Below are positions 11,997-24,581 of a DNA stretch of 46,761 nt, in pieces. Origin of the DNA: Octopus bimaculoides (taxonomy: Eukaryota); contig NC_068991.1 in NCBI RefSeq assembly GCF_001194135.2, forward strand, positions 68,888,916 to 68,935,676. The letters run 5' to 3'. The number at the start of each line of letters is the position of its first letter. Within the stretch, counting starts at the first letter, position 1. The notes under the pieces were generated by a model. It was given only the letters and a program-made list of their open reading frames with translations. It was not told the DNA's origin and made no database searches. The translations under genes and the position numbers were made by a program.

Positions 11997-14900
11997 AGTA
12001 GAAGTGTGAGTGGGTGAGTGTGAGCGTGATATATATAGTTACATATACATATGCATGCATATATACACTTATACAGGCACGCACTCATATATGAATACAT
12101 ATCTATATTTGTATGCATACAGTTATGTATGTATGTATGTATGTATGTATGTACTTAGTTATAAATCGTTCATATTTTGTCCGCAATGCGCATAGCATTT
12201 TTTTCCTTCTTATTAGCAGGGAAATTAGTTCCACCTGCATCACTAGAGGTGCTCTTGTCACTTGGCCGTGTCTTACCTCGAAAACGAACAGTTTTGTTGT
12301 GATTTTGGGAAAACATTTGCATATTCACGGACAGTGTTTGTTTCGTAGAAGTGCAGGGTCGCTCCAATGATTAATTTCTTGTATGCTGATCATATTATCA
12401 GTATCGAAATACATATTTCAGTACAGTTTAGAACGAGGTTTTTATGCCATATTATACATACACACACACACACACACACACGCACACACACACACACTAC
12501 TTTTGATTGTAATGATATAGAACATCGTAACTTGTAGTTATACAGAGTAGATATGGCTGTAATGAAACACCACATTGGTGATTGTTAATGACAGATTTGA
12601 AATAGCTGTAATGATACAGTACTGTAGCATTTTGAAGGCCACAGCCCAAGTGTTGTTGTGAACAGACAAGGCAATGTTAGTTATAATGAAAGTGTTTTAC
12701 GTCACTTCAGCAGAGAAGACAATGTTACGCTGGCTGTTGTAAGATGTATTTGCAATGATAAAGATGAGTGGTTCTAACAACGAAACTCAGCTTGGTGCAG
12801 GTTGTAATGATAATAACTTCGAGCTCGATAATAGCGTAGAACTCAGTCCAAGTTGTAATGAAATACTGGTTATTGGCTGCAACGGCGGGATATTTCTACA
12901 TTCTCCCTTCCGCCATGGTTTAAACCACATGGTGTTTGTAAATACAGTCTTGGGAGCTGCAAAGAAATAGCTTAGCTGTTCTGTATGATGATACAGTCGA
13001 TTCGTGGTTGCGTTGAAACAGATCTGTGTCAAATGCAATAAGCGCTTAGAAATGGTAACTTTTATTGACACAGTTTAATTCTGGTTGGTCACGTCTAAGG
13101 TCACGTCTAACTTCAGGTTGGAATAATAGAATGGCCATTGCGACGATTAGTGGTTTGTAATAACACATGTCAGTTCTGGAGCGGTAGTAAGGAAAGAAGT
13201 CAGTTCGGAGCTTTTATAACATATCTGATGTTGCAGGAATGACACAGTTCAACAGTTATTTTCATGAAACACCTGAGAAATATCTGTATTCGCAGAGCTT
13301 AATAAACGTAATGCCAGTACAGCAATTTTTCAAATGTCACATCTCATTTGATGGTTGAACATGAGAGAGAGAGAGAGAGAGACCGAAGATAGTTACGGGA
13401 AGAACTCAGGTATCCTTGAAATTGAAGCTTAGTGGCTTAGTTTTGATTAAAACGTTAGAGATCGGTGGTTTTGTAATAACGCACGAATAGGTTTGCCTAA
13501 TTATGATCGTACAGCATAGTTTTGATGCTGTGAAATGGTTCAATCACTAGACTTGGCTGTGGTTCTAATGTAACAGATTACTGATCACAAAACGCTTAAT
13601 GGGGGTTGCTGTCATTCATCAGTAATGGTTATCCTGACAATCTGTTCATTTGCGTAATCTATGCGTCGCTTTTGCACGACAAATTAAAAGCTTGCTTGAC
13701 AGGTGCTTGCTTTCGAGTAGTAGTGAATAGGATGCTTTTCTTTTGAAACACATTAAGTGTGCTTGAACTCATCACCTTGGTTCTAATAGTAGTTTCAGAA
13801 GCCACCTCAGCTTCCATTACAGGATTACCTAAGGTGGTGCGGTTATATAATAACTAGCACTGCGATGACTATTCATAAAAATCTACTTCTCAAAAGCCTG
13901 ACGCAACTCCACGTTGTTAGTTTGAGCATGTCTGATAGAAACCAACTTGTTAGATTAACCTGAGAAAGGATTCATATTCATTATCAGCATAATGAGATTT
14001 TACAAACTTTCTCTTGAACAGGGAATATGGTGGACATGGATTCCTTCATATTCTATGCTTTCCCTTCTTGGAAACACAACGAATCTGTTTGCAAACGCAG
14101 CTGAGTTTGTGGCGTTTTGCTCAGCATTAGCTTGACAAAAAAAAAGCACGTTTTAGGCCCAAGTGAAGATATTTTGAATACACCTGCACTTAGTTCAATA
14201 GAATATTGACATCTTGACGGGCGCCATCGTCTTCAAAATCAAGGATATAATTTTCAAACTTACGTTCACGTGAACCTCTTGCAGGAAAGGACAGTATATC
14301 GCTATCCAGGTCGATATATTTCTACTCTTGTGCCAAATGATACAGCTTTCATACAGTGGCTTAGCAATTTGTAGATTTGCTGGAAGAGGCCCTTCAAATC
14401 ACTATACAGATAAGTTCACTATTAAAACACCGATTCACTTGGTACATTCTCGTTTATTTTGAAAGCTCCAGTCGTTTCATTTAAAGATATTTGTCCGTCC
14501 TGTACTGATATCATCAGTGGTTAACAGGTCAACTTCCTACATCATTTTTCTTTCCTTCAACATTATTCTTTATGTAAGTGATTCAATAACTGTATTGAGA
14601 GAAATCTTTCACTTAGAATATAAAGTTCTAGCTTTGTGAAGCAATTCGAAATACGAGAGCAATGTAGTAGGATGCTGATTAAAGAGGATTCGATATTTAC
14701 TTTTACTTGAATTCAAGTAGAAATTCCGAGTAGACAATTCGAAGTGTCAAATTGGCAGAGTGGTTTTTTTTTCAAGAACAGTTTTTATCGGGGATAATAT
14801 TGTCTGTGGAGCAGATTATATGGACACAGCAGTGTGGGAGCCACTTAGAAGCAAGCACTGTAAAACAATCATCCGTAACACATTCATGTTGTGTCCGTGC

Positions 14901-15262
14901 AATGCTCATTTGAGGGTTTGTATCAACTAGCAGTTGTCACATTAGGAAAGGATCCATCACCCAGACCTTTCGGGTATTCACACTCCCGACTTCTTTTGGC
15001 AATGAAATCCATGTAGACATAAGGTGGCTATGGAGAAAGACACTGTATGATTGTCAGGTATGAAGACATTCATTTCTTCAAGTAGAACCTCAAGAGAAAT
15101 GTAAGATTCGAGAAAAAGTTGGTGTTCTTTAGTATATTCCACTAACAGAGCGGTCAAAGGAGTTTAGTTAAACAAAGCTTTACATTAAAAATGCAGTATT
15201 ATATTGGAGAAAAAAATTTGTGAGATGGCATCCATCTTTGTAATGTGAAGGTAGTCAGGAAT

Positions 15263-15487
15263 TTAGTGTGGGTGCCACGAATCACAATTTGTAGATGGCC
15301 CCCATTTTTGTGATCCATTCTTGCTATTCCTTTGTTCTTCCCCATTGTAGTTATTGTTGGTATTAGCGATTGATATTTCGATATTATCACTATGAATTAT
15401 TATTGCTGATTTCGAATTTTTACTCGTTGCAGACTCCCCTCTATTTTTATCTATTTCGCCCTTGTGCTGTCCCCAAAATATTAGTCC
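15263..15487 (-). CDS. Candidate terminal coding exon of an unidentified gene (74 aa plus stop)
   Basis: A pyrimidine-rich acceptor tttcttttatttgtctcaag| precedes an open frame GLIFWGQHKGEIDKNRGES...GSQKWGPSTNCDSWHPH*, followed by about 3 kb of repeat-poor sequence. No homology is recognised, and AAG is a less common acceptor. Confidence 0.25.
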   Translation of the reverse strand, partial: GLIFWGQHKGEIDKNRGESATSKNSKSAIIIHSDNIEISIANTNNNYNGEEQRNSKNGSQKWGPSTNCDSWHPH

Positions 15488-16635
15488 CTTGAGACAAATA
15501 AAAGAAATATTTAGTATTATTATTATTATTATCATTATTATCGTTGTTGCTGTTCATGTTCTTGTTGCAGTTGTTGCTGTTAACTTTTCTGTGCCGCTTT
15601 AGAATATTAGAAATTGCATACAATAACCTTTCAAATGATAGGATCTACAAATTCCTCCCTGTTTTTTTTTTCAAAAAACATATATATCATAGGACGGTGA
15701 GGGCCTTCTTTTTCATACCACTTACAGTTTCGTTTGTATATGTGTATGTATGTATATGTGTATCGTCCCATATATATAACGATACGTTAGTGCGGCCATT
15801 TTTTTCAATTTTTTTTGTGCATATATAACAGGTTACACTGTGTGTCTTTTATACATAATCATAGTTTAGCTTTGTGTTTTTAGATATATACTATATATAA
15901 TATATAATACAATACAATATAACATAATATAAAATAATATATATATGTATATATATATATACACACATACATATATATTACAGGCTTCTGGGTGGGTTTT
16001 TTTTTATATAAAACCATAGGTTTGTGTGTCTTTTTTTCATCCTATATTACAAGTTGTTGTGTGTCTTTTGAAGGCAATTTTTACCATGTCAAAAAATCTG
16101 AATAAATGAAATAAACACAAAAATAAATTAAACCCATACAAAAGAAACATGTAAAAAGTTATGTAAAATAAAGCAAAACTTTGAAGCTAAATCAAAAGAT
16201 ATATAAGCAAGCCCTTCTATTTTACATTTCCCAGTGGCATTAAACGTCAAACCATTAGCAGCGCATAAATTCATTGTCTGTTCCAAATTTTTGCTTTTTC
16301 TGTTTTTCCAATGATTTTGTTTGCCTTAGTTCATATTGTTTTTGTTTGCTTGTTTGTTTGTTTTTTTTTTGTGTCAGTGTAATTTATATTTATTTATTTA
16401 TTTATTATTTTTTTTGGGGTTTGTTTGTTTCTTTATTTATATATTTTGCATTGGTATCACATGTATTAAATAAGTGGCTAGAATTGGTTAGATTTCAAAT
16501 CGAAAATATACAACGACAAAAAAAAACAAAAAAAAAAACAAACAAACAGAAACAGAAAAAAAAAACGTGTAACACAGAACAAGAAGAAAAAAACAAAAAA
16601 TAATGACGCTGTGAAACGCGCCTGCTGCTGTTCCT

Positions 16636-16674
16636 GCTACTACTACCACCACCACCACCACCACCACCACCACG

Positions 16675-16738
<64 letters not shown>
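16636..16738. repeat. Compound (CAC)n to (TAC)n microsatellite
   Basis: Directly visible. Confidence 0.97.
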
Positions 16739-16907
16739 AAAACAACAGCAATGATGGCAAATAATACGTAGTAAAATAAAGAATTGATTACGAAAAAGTT
16801 CAACTGATGTAAAGTGTAGTGAAGGAAAACCAAAATCGTTCGGTTAGCTTCTATCTCTCTCTTCAAGCATATACTTACATGCATACATACATGTATTAAC
16901 GCCTATG

Positions 16908-16978
<71 letters not shown>

Positions 16979-17089
16979 ATGCGTATGGCTACATGTGTGT
17001 ACGTGCACATGCACGCACATATATATATATATTGTACTACGTAAATTTGCCTGCAGAGATATCTACATATACATGCATATGTATATATC

Positions 17090-17133
<44 letters not shown>

Positions 17134-18291
17134 TTTACATATGTGCACATGTAAATGAAATAAATATACGTGCAAGTACATACCTACGTGCAAATCTGTC
17201 TATCTTATCAAATATATATATTATATATATANNNNNNNNNNNNNNNNNNNNNNNNNNNNNNNNNNNNNNNNNNNNNNNNNNNNNNNNNNNNNNNNNNNNN
17301 NNNNNNNNNNNNNNNNNNNNNNNNNNNNNNNNNNNNNNNNNNNNNNNNNNNNNNNNNNNNNNNNNNNNNNNNNNNNNNNNNNNNNNNNNNNNNNNNNNNN
17401 NNNNNNNNNNNNNNNNNNNNNNNNNNNNNNNNNNNNNNNNNNNNNNNNNNNNNNNNNNNNNNNNNNNNNNNNNNNNNNNNNNNNNNNNNNNNNNNNNNNN
17501 NNNNNNNNNNNNNNNNNNNNNNNNNNNNNNNNNNNNNNNNNNNNNNNNNNNNNNNNNNNNNNNNNNNNNNNNNNNNNNNNNNNNNNNNNNNNNNNNNNNN
17601 NNNNNNNNNNNNNNNNNNNNNNNNNNNNNNNNNNNNNNNNNNNNNNNNNNNNNNNNNNNNNNNNNNNNNNNNNNNNNNNNNNNNNNNNNNNNNNNNNNNN
17701 NNNNNNNNNNNNNNNNNNNNNNNNNNNNNNNNNNNNNNNNNNNNNNNNNNNNNNNNNNNNNNNNNNNNNNNNNNNNNNNNNNNNNNNNNNNNNNNNNNNN
17801 NNNNNNNNNNNNNNNNNNNNNNNNNNNNNNNNNNNNNNNNNNNNNNNNNNNNNNNNNNNNNNNNNNNNNNNNNNNNNNNNNNNNNNNNNNNNNNNNNNNN
17901 NNNNNNNNNNNNNNNNNNNNNNNNNNNNNNNNNNNNNNNNNNNNNNNNNNNNNNNNNNNNNNNNNNNNNNNNNNNNNNNNNNNNNNNNNNNNNNNNNNNN
18001 NNNNNNNNNNNNNNNNNNNNNNNNNNNNNNNNNNNNNNNNNNNNNNNNNNNNNNNNNNNNNNNNNNNNNNNNNNNNNNNNNNNNNNNNNNNNNNNNNNNN
18101 NNNNNNNNNNNNNNNNNNNNNNNNNNNNNNNNNNNNNNNNNNTGTGTGTGTGTGTGTGTGTGTATCTATATATACATGTGCATATATATCTACACTTGAT
18201 ATGTATGTTTGTATACATGTAAATATATAAGTATATACATGTATATTCATACATGTACGCACACACGCTCACACAGACGCACACACACACA

Positions 18292-18329
<38 letters not shown>

Positions 18330-18448
18330 ATGCGCTTATGTTTACCTTCCTGCCTATCAATGTATCCAGAGCTCTATCATCCAACCATGTTTCTTTGCGC
18401 GCGTGTGTGCGCGTGTGTGCGCGCGTGTGTGTGCGTGTATGTGTGATA

Positions 18449-18487
<39 letters not shown>

Positions 18488-18622
18488 GGAGAACGAGAGA
18501 GAGATAGATGGATAAGTTGATAGAAAGTTAGATAGAATACATAGGTAAACAGATATATAGAGTGAGAGAGAGAGAAAAGAGAGGGAGCAAGAAAGTCAAA
18601 ATGTGTGTGTGTGTGTGTGTGT

Positions 18623-18656
<34 letters not shown>

Positions 18657-19001
18657 GCACCTGCGTGCATGTTTACATATATCACTCAAGAGCGAAGACA
18701 TAGTAGCGACATCTACTTTAAGATGGATGCTCTTTTAGTTGTATTTTTATTTATATCTGGAAAGTTACATCTCAGTTAGTAGTAGTAGTGGTAGGATTAT
18801 AAAGGCGAGAAGTAGGAGGAGGAAGAGGAGAGTAAGTGAACGAAGAGGTGGAGGAATATTTGTATTTGTTGTAGTTTTCTGGAGATGACGATAGTGAGGA
18901 TAAACATTATTGTTCTTGCTGTAATCTTGAATAAAGTGTTTATGAAAAAGTTTCCATAACTATCAACGTTATGAGTATGTTGACGTTTATGTTCGTGATT
19001 T

Positions 19002-19882
19002 TAAGGCGGCGAGCTGGCAGAAACGTTAGCCCGTTGGACGAAATGTTTAGCGTTATTTCGTCTGCCGTTACGTTCTGAGTTCAAATTCCGCCGAGGTCGA
19101 CTTTGCTTTTCATCCTTTCGGGGTCGATAAATTAAGTACAGTTACGCACTGGGTCGATGTGATCAACTTAATCCCTTTGTCTGTCCTTGTTTGTCCCCTC
19201 TATGTTTAGCCCCTTGTGGGCAGTAAAGAAATAAGAAACGTTAGCACGCCGGGCGAAATGCTTAGCGGTATTTCGTCTGCCGTTACATTCTGAGTTCAAA
19301 TTCCGCCGAGGTCGACTTTGCTTTTCATCCTTTCGGGGTCGATAAATTAAGTACAAGTTACGCACTGGGGTCGATGTAATCGACTTAATCCGTTCGTCTG
19401 CTCTTGTTTGTTCCCTTTATGTTTAGCCCTTTGTGGGCAATAACGAAATAGGTATTTCGTCTGTGTTTACGTTCTGAATTCAAATTCCACCGAGGTCGAC
19501 TTTGCCTTTCATTTTTTCGGGGTCGATAAATTAAGTACCTGTTATGTATTGGGGTCGATTTAATCGACTGCCCCCTCCCTCAAAATTTCGGGTCCTCTGC
19601 CTAGAATAGAAAAGAATATTTTCAAAAGCGACGAATTGGCAGAAACGTTAACACACCGGGCGAAATGCTCAGCGGTATTTCGTCTGTCTTTATGTTCTGA
19701 GTTCAAATTCCACCGAAGTCGACTTTGCCTTTCATCTTTCGGGGGCGATAAATCACGTACCAGTTGCTTACTGGTGTCGATCTAATCGACTGGCCCCCTC
19801 CCTCAAAAGAATTACCCCTTGTGCCTGGAGTAGAAATTTTATGCTCATGATTTTAAGACGGTGAGCTGGCAGATTGGTTAGC
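19002..19882 (+). mobile_element. Head-to-tail array of SINE family A: 19002-19233, 19234-19450, 19451-19619, about 19625-19837, and a head-only piece at 19854-19882
   Basis: The gagttcaaattcc(g/a)ccga(g/a)gtcgactttgc.tttcat..ttcgggg core occurs four times; units 2 and 3 start inside the head. Confidence 0.95.
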
Positions 19883-20216
19883 TCGAGCAAATCGACCCCA
19901 GGACTTATTCTTTGTAAGCCTAGTACTTATTCTATCCATCTCTTTTGGTGAACTGCTAAGTTACGGGGACGTAACACCACCATCAGTAGTCAAGCGATGG
20001 TGGGGGGNNNNNNNNNNNNNNNNNNNNNNNNNNNNNNNNNNNNNNNNNNNNNNNNNNNNNNNNNNNNNNNNNNNNNNNNNNNNNNNNNNNNNNNNNNNNN
20101 NNNNNNNNNNNNNNNATACATATATATATATATATATATACGACGGGATTCTTTCAGTTTCCGGAACTATATGGTCGGTAAACAAGCTACTTACCACACA
20201 GCCACTCCTGCGCCTA
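19883..20216 (-). mobile_element. SINE family B spanning a gap at its internal microsatellite; head internally deleted
   Basis: The 3' module 19883-20007 (gacttattctttgtaagcctagtacttattc...aagttacggggacgtaa) is followed by the gap and (TA)n, then the head ...ctacttaccacacagccactcctgcgccta. Confidence 0.9.
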
Positions 20217-20228
20217 AATTATGAAAAA

Positions 20229-20269
20229 TCTTAATCGATATTCGAACCTTGTTGGGTTTTCATCAGAGA
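20229..20269 (-). ncRNA. Decayed minimal type I hammerhead-like motif
   Basis: TCT-CTGATGA-AAACC-caacaa-GGTTC-GAAT-ATCGAT-TA^AGA is two substitutions (G10.1A, A15.1U) away from a canonical motif with palindromic AATCGATT stem III. Confidence 0.5.
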
Positions 20270-22345
20270 CGTCCACATCATTCTGACAGTCACCAAAAAA
20301 AAAATTAAGGAAAAACTGAGGTTCCAGTTAGTGTAAGTTTTTCTATATTAACTGGCATATGCGTACAAGCTGCGCATGCTGCTAGAATAACTCATCCTCT
20401 ATACAAAAATATTACTTAATACTTCTGTTGATAGAAGGCAGCCTGCAGCTCCCCTTCATCAAGAGCCCAACCAATGCCCATTGCTTCTACTTTTACTCGG
20501 AATCCGCTTTTGCCTGCAATGAAGAACTGGAAGATGTTTTATTATAAACCACGCGTTACTTTACCAAAATGTGCATTCTGAAAGTCCAGTGAAAATACGA
20601 AAGTTATGTCTGTTTATGCGTTACATTCTAATCCAAATTTGAAGGTGTAAAAATCATCAACCCCACACCCATAAAAATATATTTTGTCTACAAATGCAAA
20701 GGTTATACTATCTGTAAGATTTTTTATAAAAGAAGACTGTAGTTCAACTGATTCCTCCTAACTATGAGAAATGGAAGCGAAGTTGAGGGAAATTGGCGGC
20801 TTGGTTTCGCAAATAAAGATTCATAAAACGAGCTGTTTCCGTTGATTGCAGACTCGTAGGTGTTTAATCAATTCGGCGTGAGATGTGTAGGCGAGGCATT
20901 GGTTCGTGATCCGTTGAGGGTGGTTTAAATTTCGAAAACGTGTGCACCAGTAATTGTGTTTCACAAAATTAAGTTGTTTTTAATGTTTAAAATTTGCCCT
21001 ACACCATGGCACAACAAGAAGGATTAATACGGAAGCGAATTGTGTTCCTCTTTCTCATTAATAAAGAGGAAGAGCGAAGTAAACATTTTGCCTAATATTT
21101 TATGATGAGAGACCACTAGTATGTGTCGGCTTAAGATGCCTTGATATAAAACGACTAAAATTAATGTCAGCTAAAGTTATACGATGTTTTCGTCATTGAC
21201 GTGGTATAGTTAAAATACAAGAAGTTGTAAATAAATCCGTAAAAACTGTACATGAAACATACCTCAATATAATTCCATTTTATGACAAAGTGGAATTTAG
21301 AGATTTTTTGTTTATCTAGAGAATCTAGAAAATATCTTGGGGCGTGGTGTATAATGATAAGGTTTACAAATTCACTAGAAGGATAGATATACTCGGTTTA
21401 TAATATTGATTAGTAATTTAGATATTGAAAGAATGAATATAAGCAAGAGATCATCAAAAGACGATTGTGATTAGTCGTTACGAAAAAATGAGAAAAAACA
21501 TATGAAGGAAAAAATTAATTAAATCAAACTATAAAATATAATTTTCTTTAGAAACCAAATATCAGCGTTTAATAGTAAAAGCGCCAAGTGCCGTGAAAGT
21601 AGAGGCAAGCTAAATTTTGTGCTGCGTTTGAAATATTTCCCTTTATTTTATACCTCTTGAGAAAAAGCTTGAACATCACACGTTCAATATATTCTCTCTC
21701 GTATAAATCTCAGTCCTTTTGCTTATGTAAAATAGCATTTACATGAAAGGAGATGTAATGAATTGATGTAAAAATATAACACGTTTCAGATTACATAAAC
21801 AGCCGACACTATTCAACAGAGTGTAGAATATTGCAATGAATAAATTGGTGTAAAACATTTGTAGTAAATAAAAAAGGATAGAAAAAAAAAACAGTCTATT
21901 TAACACGGTTAAAATATTTTGCTTGGCTGTTAATAACTTCCGTGAGTGAAAGAGTCAATCTGAGAGTGTTCTACTCTAAAACTAAGAGAATATTCAATGA
22001 ATACTTAACTTAGAGTTGAAGCTAATCAAAACATTCTATTCACTAATACCAACACTATGACAGTAATATAGAAAGAATAGATTTATTGGTTAGCATGGCG
22101 AGGTTTTAGTGTCGATTGAGGACGTATTACTTACTGGGAAATATTTCACTCAATTCAGTGAATCAATATGGCGACAAATGAATTAGACTTTGAAAAGGAG
22201 AAGCAAAAAAACAAATCGATTTTACAGTGACTAAATATATACACAAAGATACGCACGTCACAAGCATACTAACCTGAACACGTATGTGTGTGTATATATC
22301 TAAATATATGTCTATATATGCTTATATATATGTATATACATACAT

Positions 22346-22423
<78 letters not shown>

Positions 22424-22551
22424 TTATGTATGTATGTATTATGTATACATACGCATGTATATATATATATATATGTATATATAATGTATACAAATGCATA
22501 TACAAATACATATACATGTATATATACAAATATACATACATATAAATAAAT

Positions 22552-22622
<71 letters not shown>

Positions 22623-23861
22623 AATGTATATATTTATATGTCTTTGCGATTGTATATGTAAATAGCAGTATGTGTGATACACATACACTTTGCGCGTGCG
22701 AGTGCGTTTATGTGTGAGTGCATGCGTGCGTGCGTGCGTGTTTGTGTCTGTGTGTGTAACACAGTTTCTTTGCCTGCGAAAATATTTTGGATCAATGCCA
22801 GACTTCAGATACTACTTTTCCAATATCACTGTTTGTTATCTTTAGAATATGTTTCTTGTTGTTTCTTTTTTTATTTCTGTTTTAATGTTTTAATCTAATT
22901 CAGAGGTTTTTTGAACTGAAAATGTACGAGTTGCCATTAGAAAGATGAAGAAATAACGAAAGAAACAGATTAGCATTAAAAATAGAATATAATAACTTGA
23001 TAATTCGAAGAAAGTTCGAATTCATATTTTCGGTACAGCATCGAAAAACTGTAAATTGCGGATTCGGGAGAAGACCAGATGATAATTATTGTAGCAATTA
23101 CCTACATTCTTGTAAGTTGTGAGATCACATTTAGTTGGGGTCAGCCGTACTATACATACATATGCAGGGCGTACGAATTGTGTATAGTAATCGATGAAGA
23201 TGTCTATATGCTAAAACATTTTTTTTTTCACCAATGTAGGAAAAAATATAAATATTTGTGAGCCATCGTGTAGCAATATTCAAATGTAACTATATAAAAA
23301 CTTAAACGGAGAAGGAAATTTTAATCAAATTATATCTCAAATATTGTTGACAGATAAGATTTCAAAACCTAAATCACTTGGAAGGAATCACGGAGAGGAA
23401 AAAATAGAAGAAATAAATGACACTGCTTTAAAATCATTCACTTGTCTCTTATCATAAAAGAAAATATGAAATTTACGAATTTCATAAATTTCCAAAGTTA
23501 TGAAAGACTACATCATAATAAGATTACGACTTTACGCACTGTTTATTTTATCTTTAGAGACTACATTTCAATATTTATATACATTTTAGGATCAGATTGG
23601 TTCAAACACCGACCGTTATTCTGTGTATAATTCCAAAACAAATACATATATTTTGTAATAGTAAATTGGAATGAGTACGAAAAGCGAAAGTACAATCTAA
23701 ATTCTTTTATATTTGTAAACAATTTAATAGTGCATATCATTTCTAACCAGAATATATCTCAGACATATAATCATTAACAATAGAATATATTATAGAATAT
23801 AACATACTGTGTGACTAAAAAGGAAAGAAAAAATCACGAATTAACGATATTTGCATAACGG

Positions 23862-24008
23862 TAGGCGATGGCATGGCTCTGCTTAAGAAGTGCGCTTTAA
23901 AGGCATGTGGTTTGGGGTTTATTCCCAACAGGTGGCACCTTAGGCAAGTGTCGTCTATTATAGACCCAGAACAATCAATGTTTTGTGAGTGAAATTGGTA
24001 GATGTGAC
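23862..24008 (+). mobile_element. SINE family B-like, old copy
   Basis: Contains ggcaccttaggcaagtgtcgtctattataga...ttgtgagtgaaattggtaga. Confidence 0.7.
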
Positions 24009-24119
24009 CGGCCTGAATGCCCTTCATTCGGTCTCGCGCCGGCATGTGTGTGTATGCGTATATGTATGTTTGTTAGCGTGTGTGTGCGTGCGCATGTGCA
24101 CGCACGCCTTTGCATTTGT

Positions 24120-24250
24120 CCACTGGTACTTATTCTATCGAACCTCAAACGGTTGAACTCGTTGGGATTTGAAGTCAACATCTAAAGACTATCGAAATGG
24201 CTCTAAGTATGTTACACAGCGTGTTAACCATTCTGTTTGAGTGCTGCCTT
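24120..24250 (-). mobile_element. SINE family A, old degenerate copy
   Basis: ctggtacttattctatcga...gggatttgaagtc matches the reverse complement of the family A core and B box. Confidence 0.6.
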
Positions 24251-24272
24251 TTCATGACGGATAATATTCGTT

Positions 24273-24468
24273 TCATATTTTTGCACAAGGCCAGCAATTT
24301 CGTGAGGACGAGGGGAAAGTCGATGGCATCGGTCTCAAAGACCCACTGATAATTATTTTACCGACCCCGAAAGGATAGGCGGTAAAGTCAATCTCGGCGG
24401 AATAGACGGGCGAAATGCCGCTAAGCATTTTGCTCGGCGAGCTAACGATTCTTCTAGCTCTCCGCCTT
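24273..24468 (-). mobile_element. SINE family A copy
   Basis: Contains ttgcacaaggcc...cgaccccgaaaggat...gaaatgccgctaagcattttgctcggcgagctaacgattc. Confidence 0.85.
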
Positions 24469-24530
24469 CGTGTCGGAGACATTCTTGACTCACATTTTGT
24501 GCCAAAGTTTCACACGCGATATTAGCATGT

Positions 24531-24580
<50 letters not shown>

Positions 24581-24581
24581 A

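Noticed and set aside
12500-13490. CRISPR array interpretation of the motif-and-spacer pattern
   Set aside because: The motif is only 8-15 nt and degenerate, spacing is irregular, there are no cas genes, and the context is eukaryotic.
13594-14520. Cadherin-like words on the minus strand (LNETTG, INENVP, YSI, IDY..QPPLS), tempting given octopus protocadherin expansions
   Set aside because: Their order and spacing (about 80 and 180 codons) do not fit ~105-aa cadherin repeats, no DxNDN or DxD motifs are present, and there are many stops. A frameshift-aware search with the cadherin HMM would settle it.
14468-14520. Minus-strand CCA-CTGATGA...GAAACGAC-TGG
   Set aside because: No stem II, and U16.1 is absent; likely chance.
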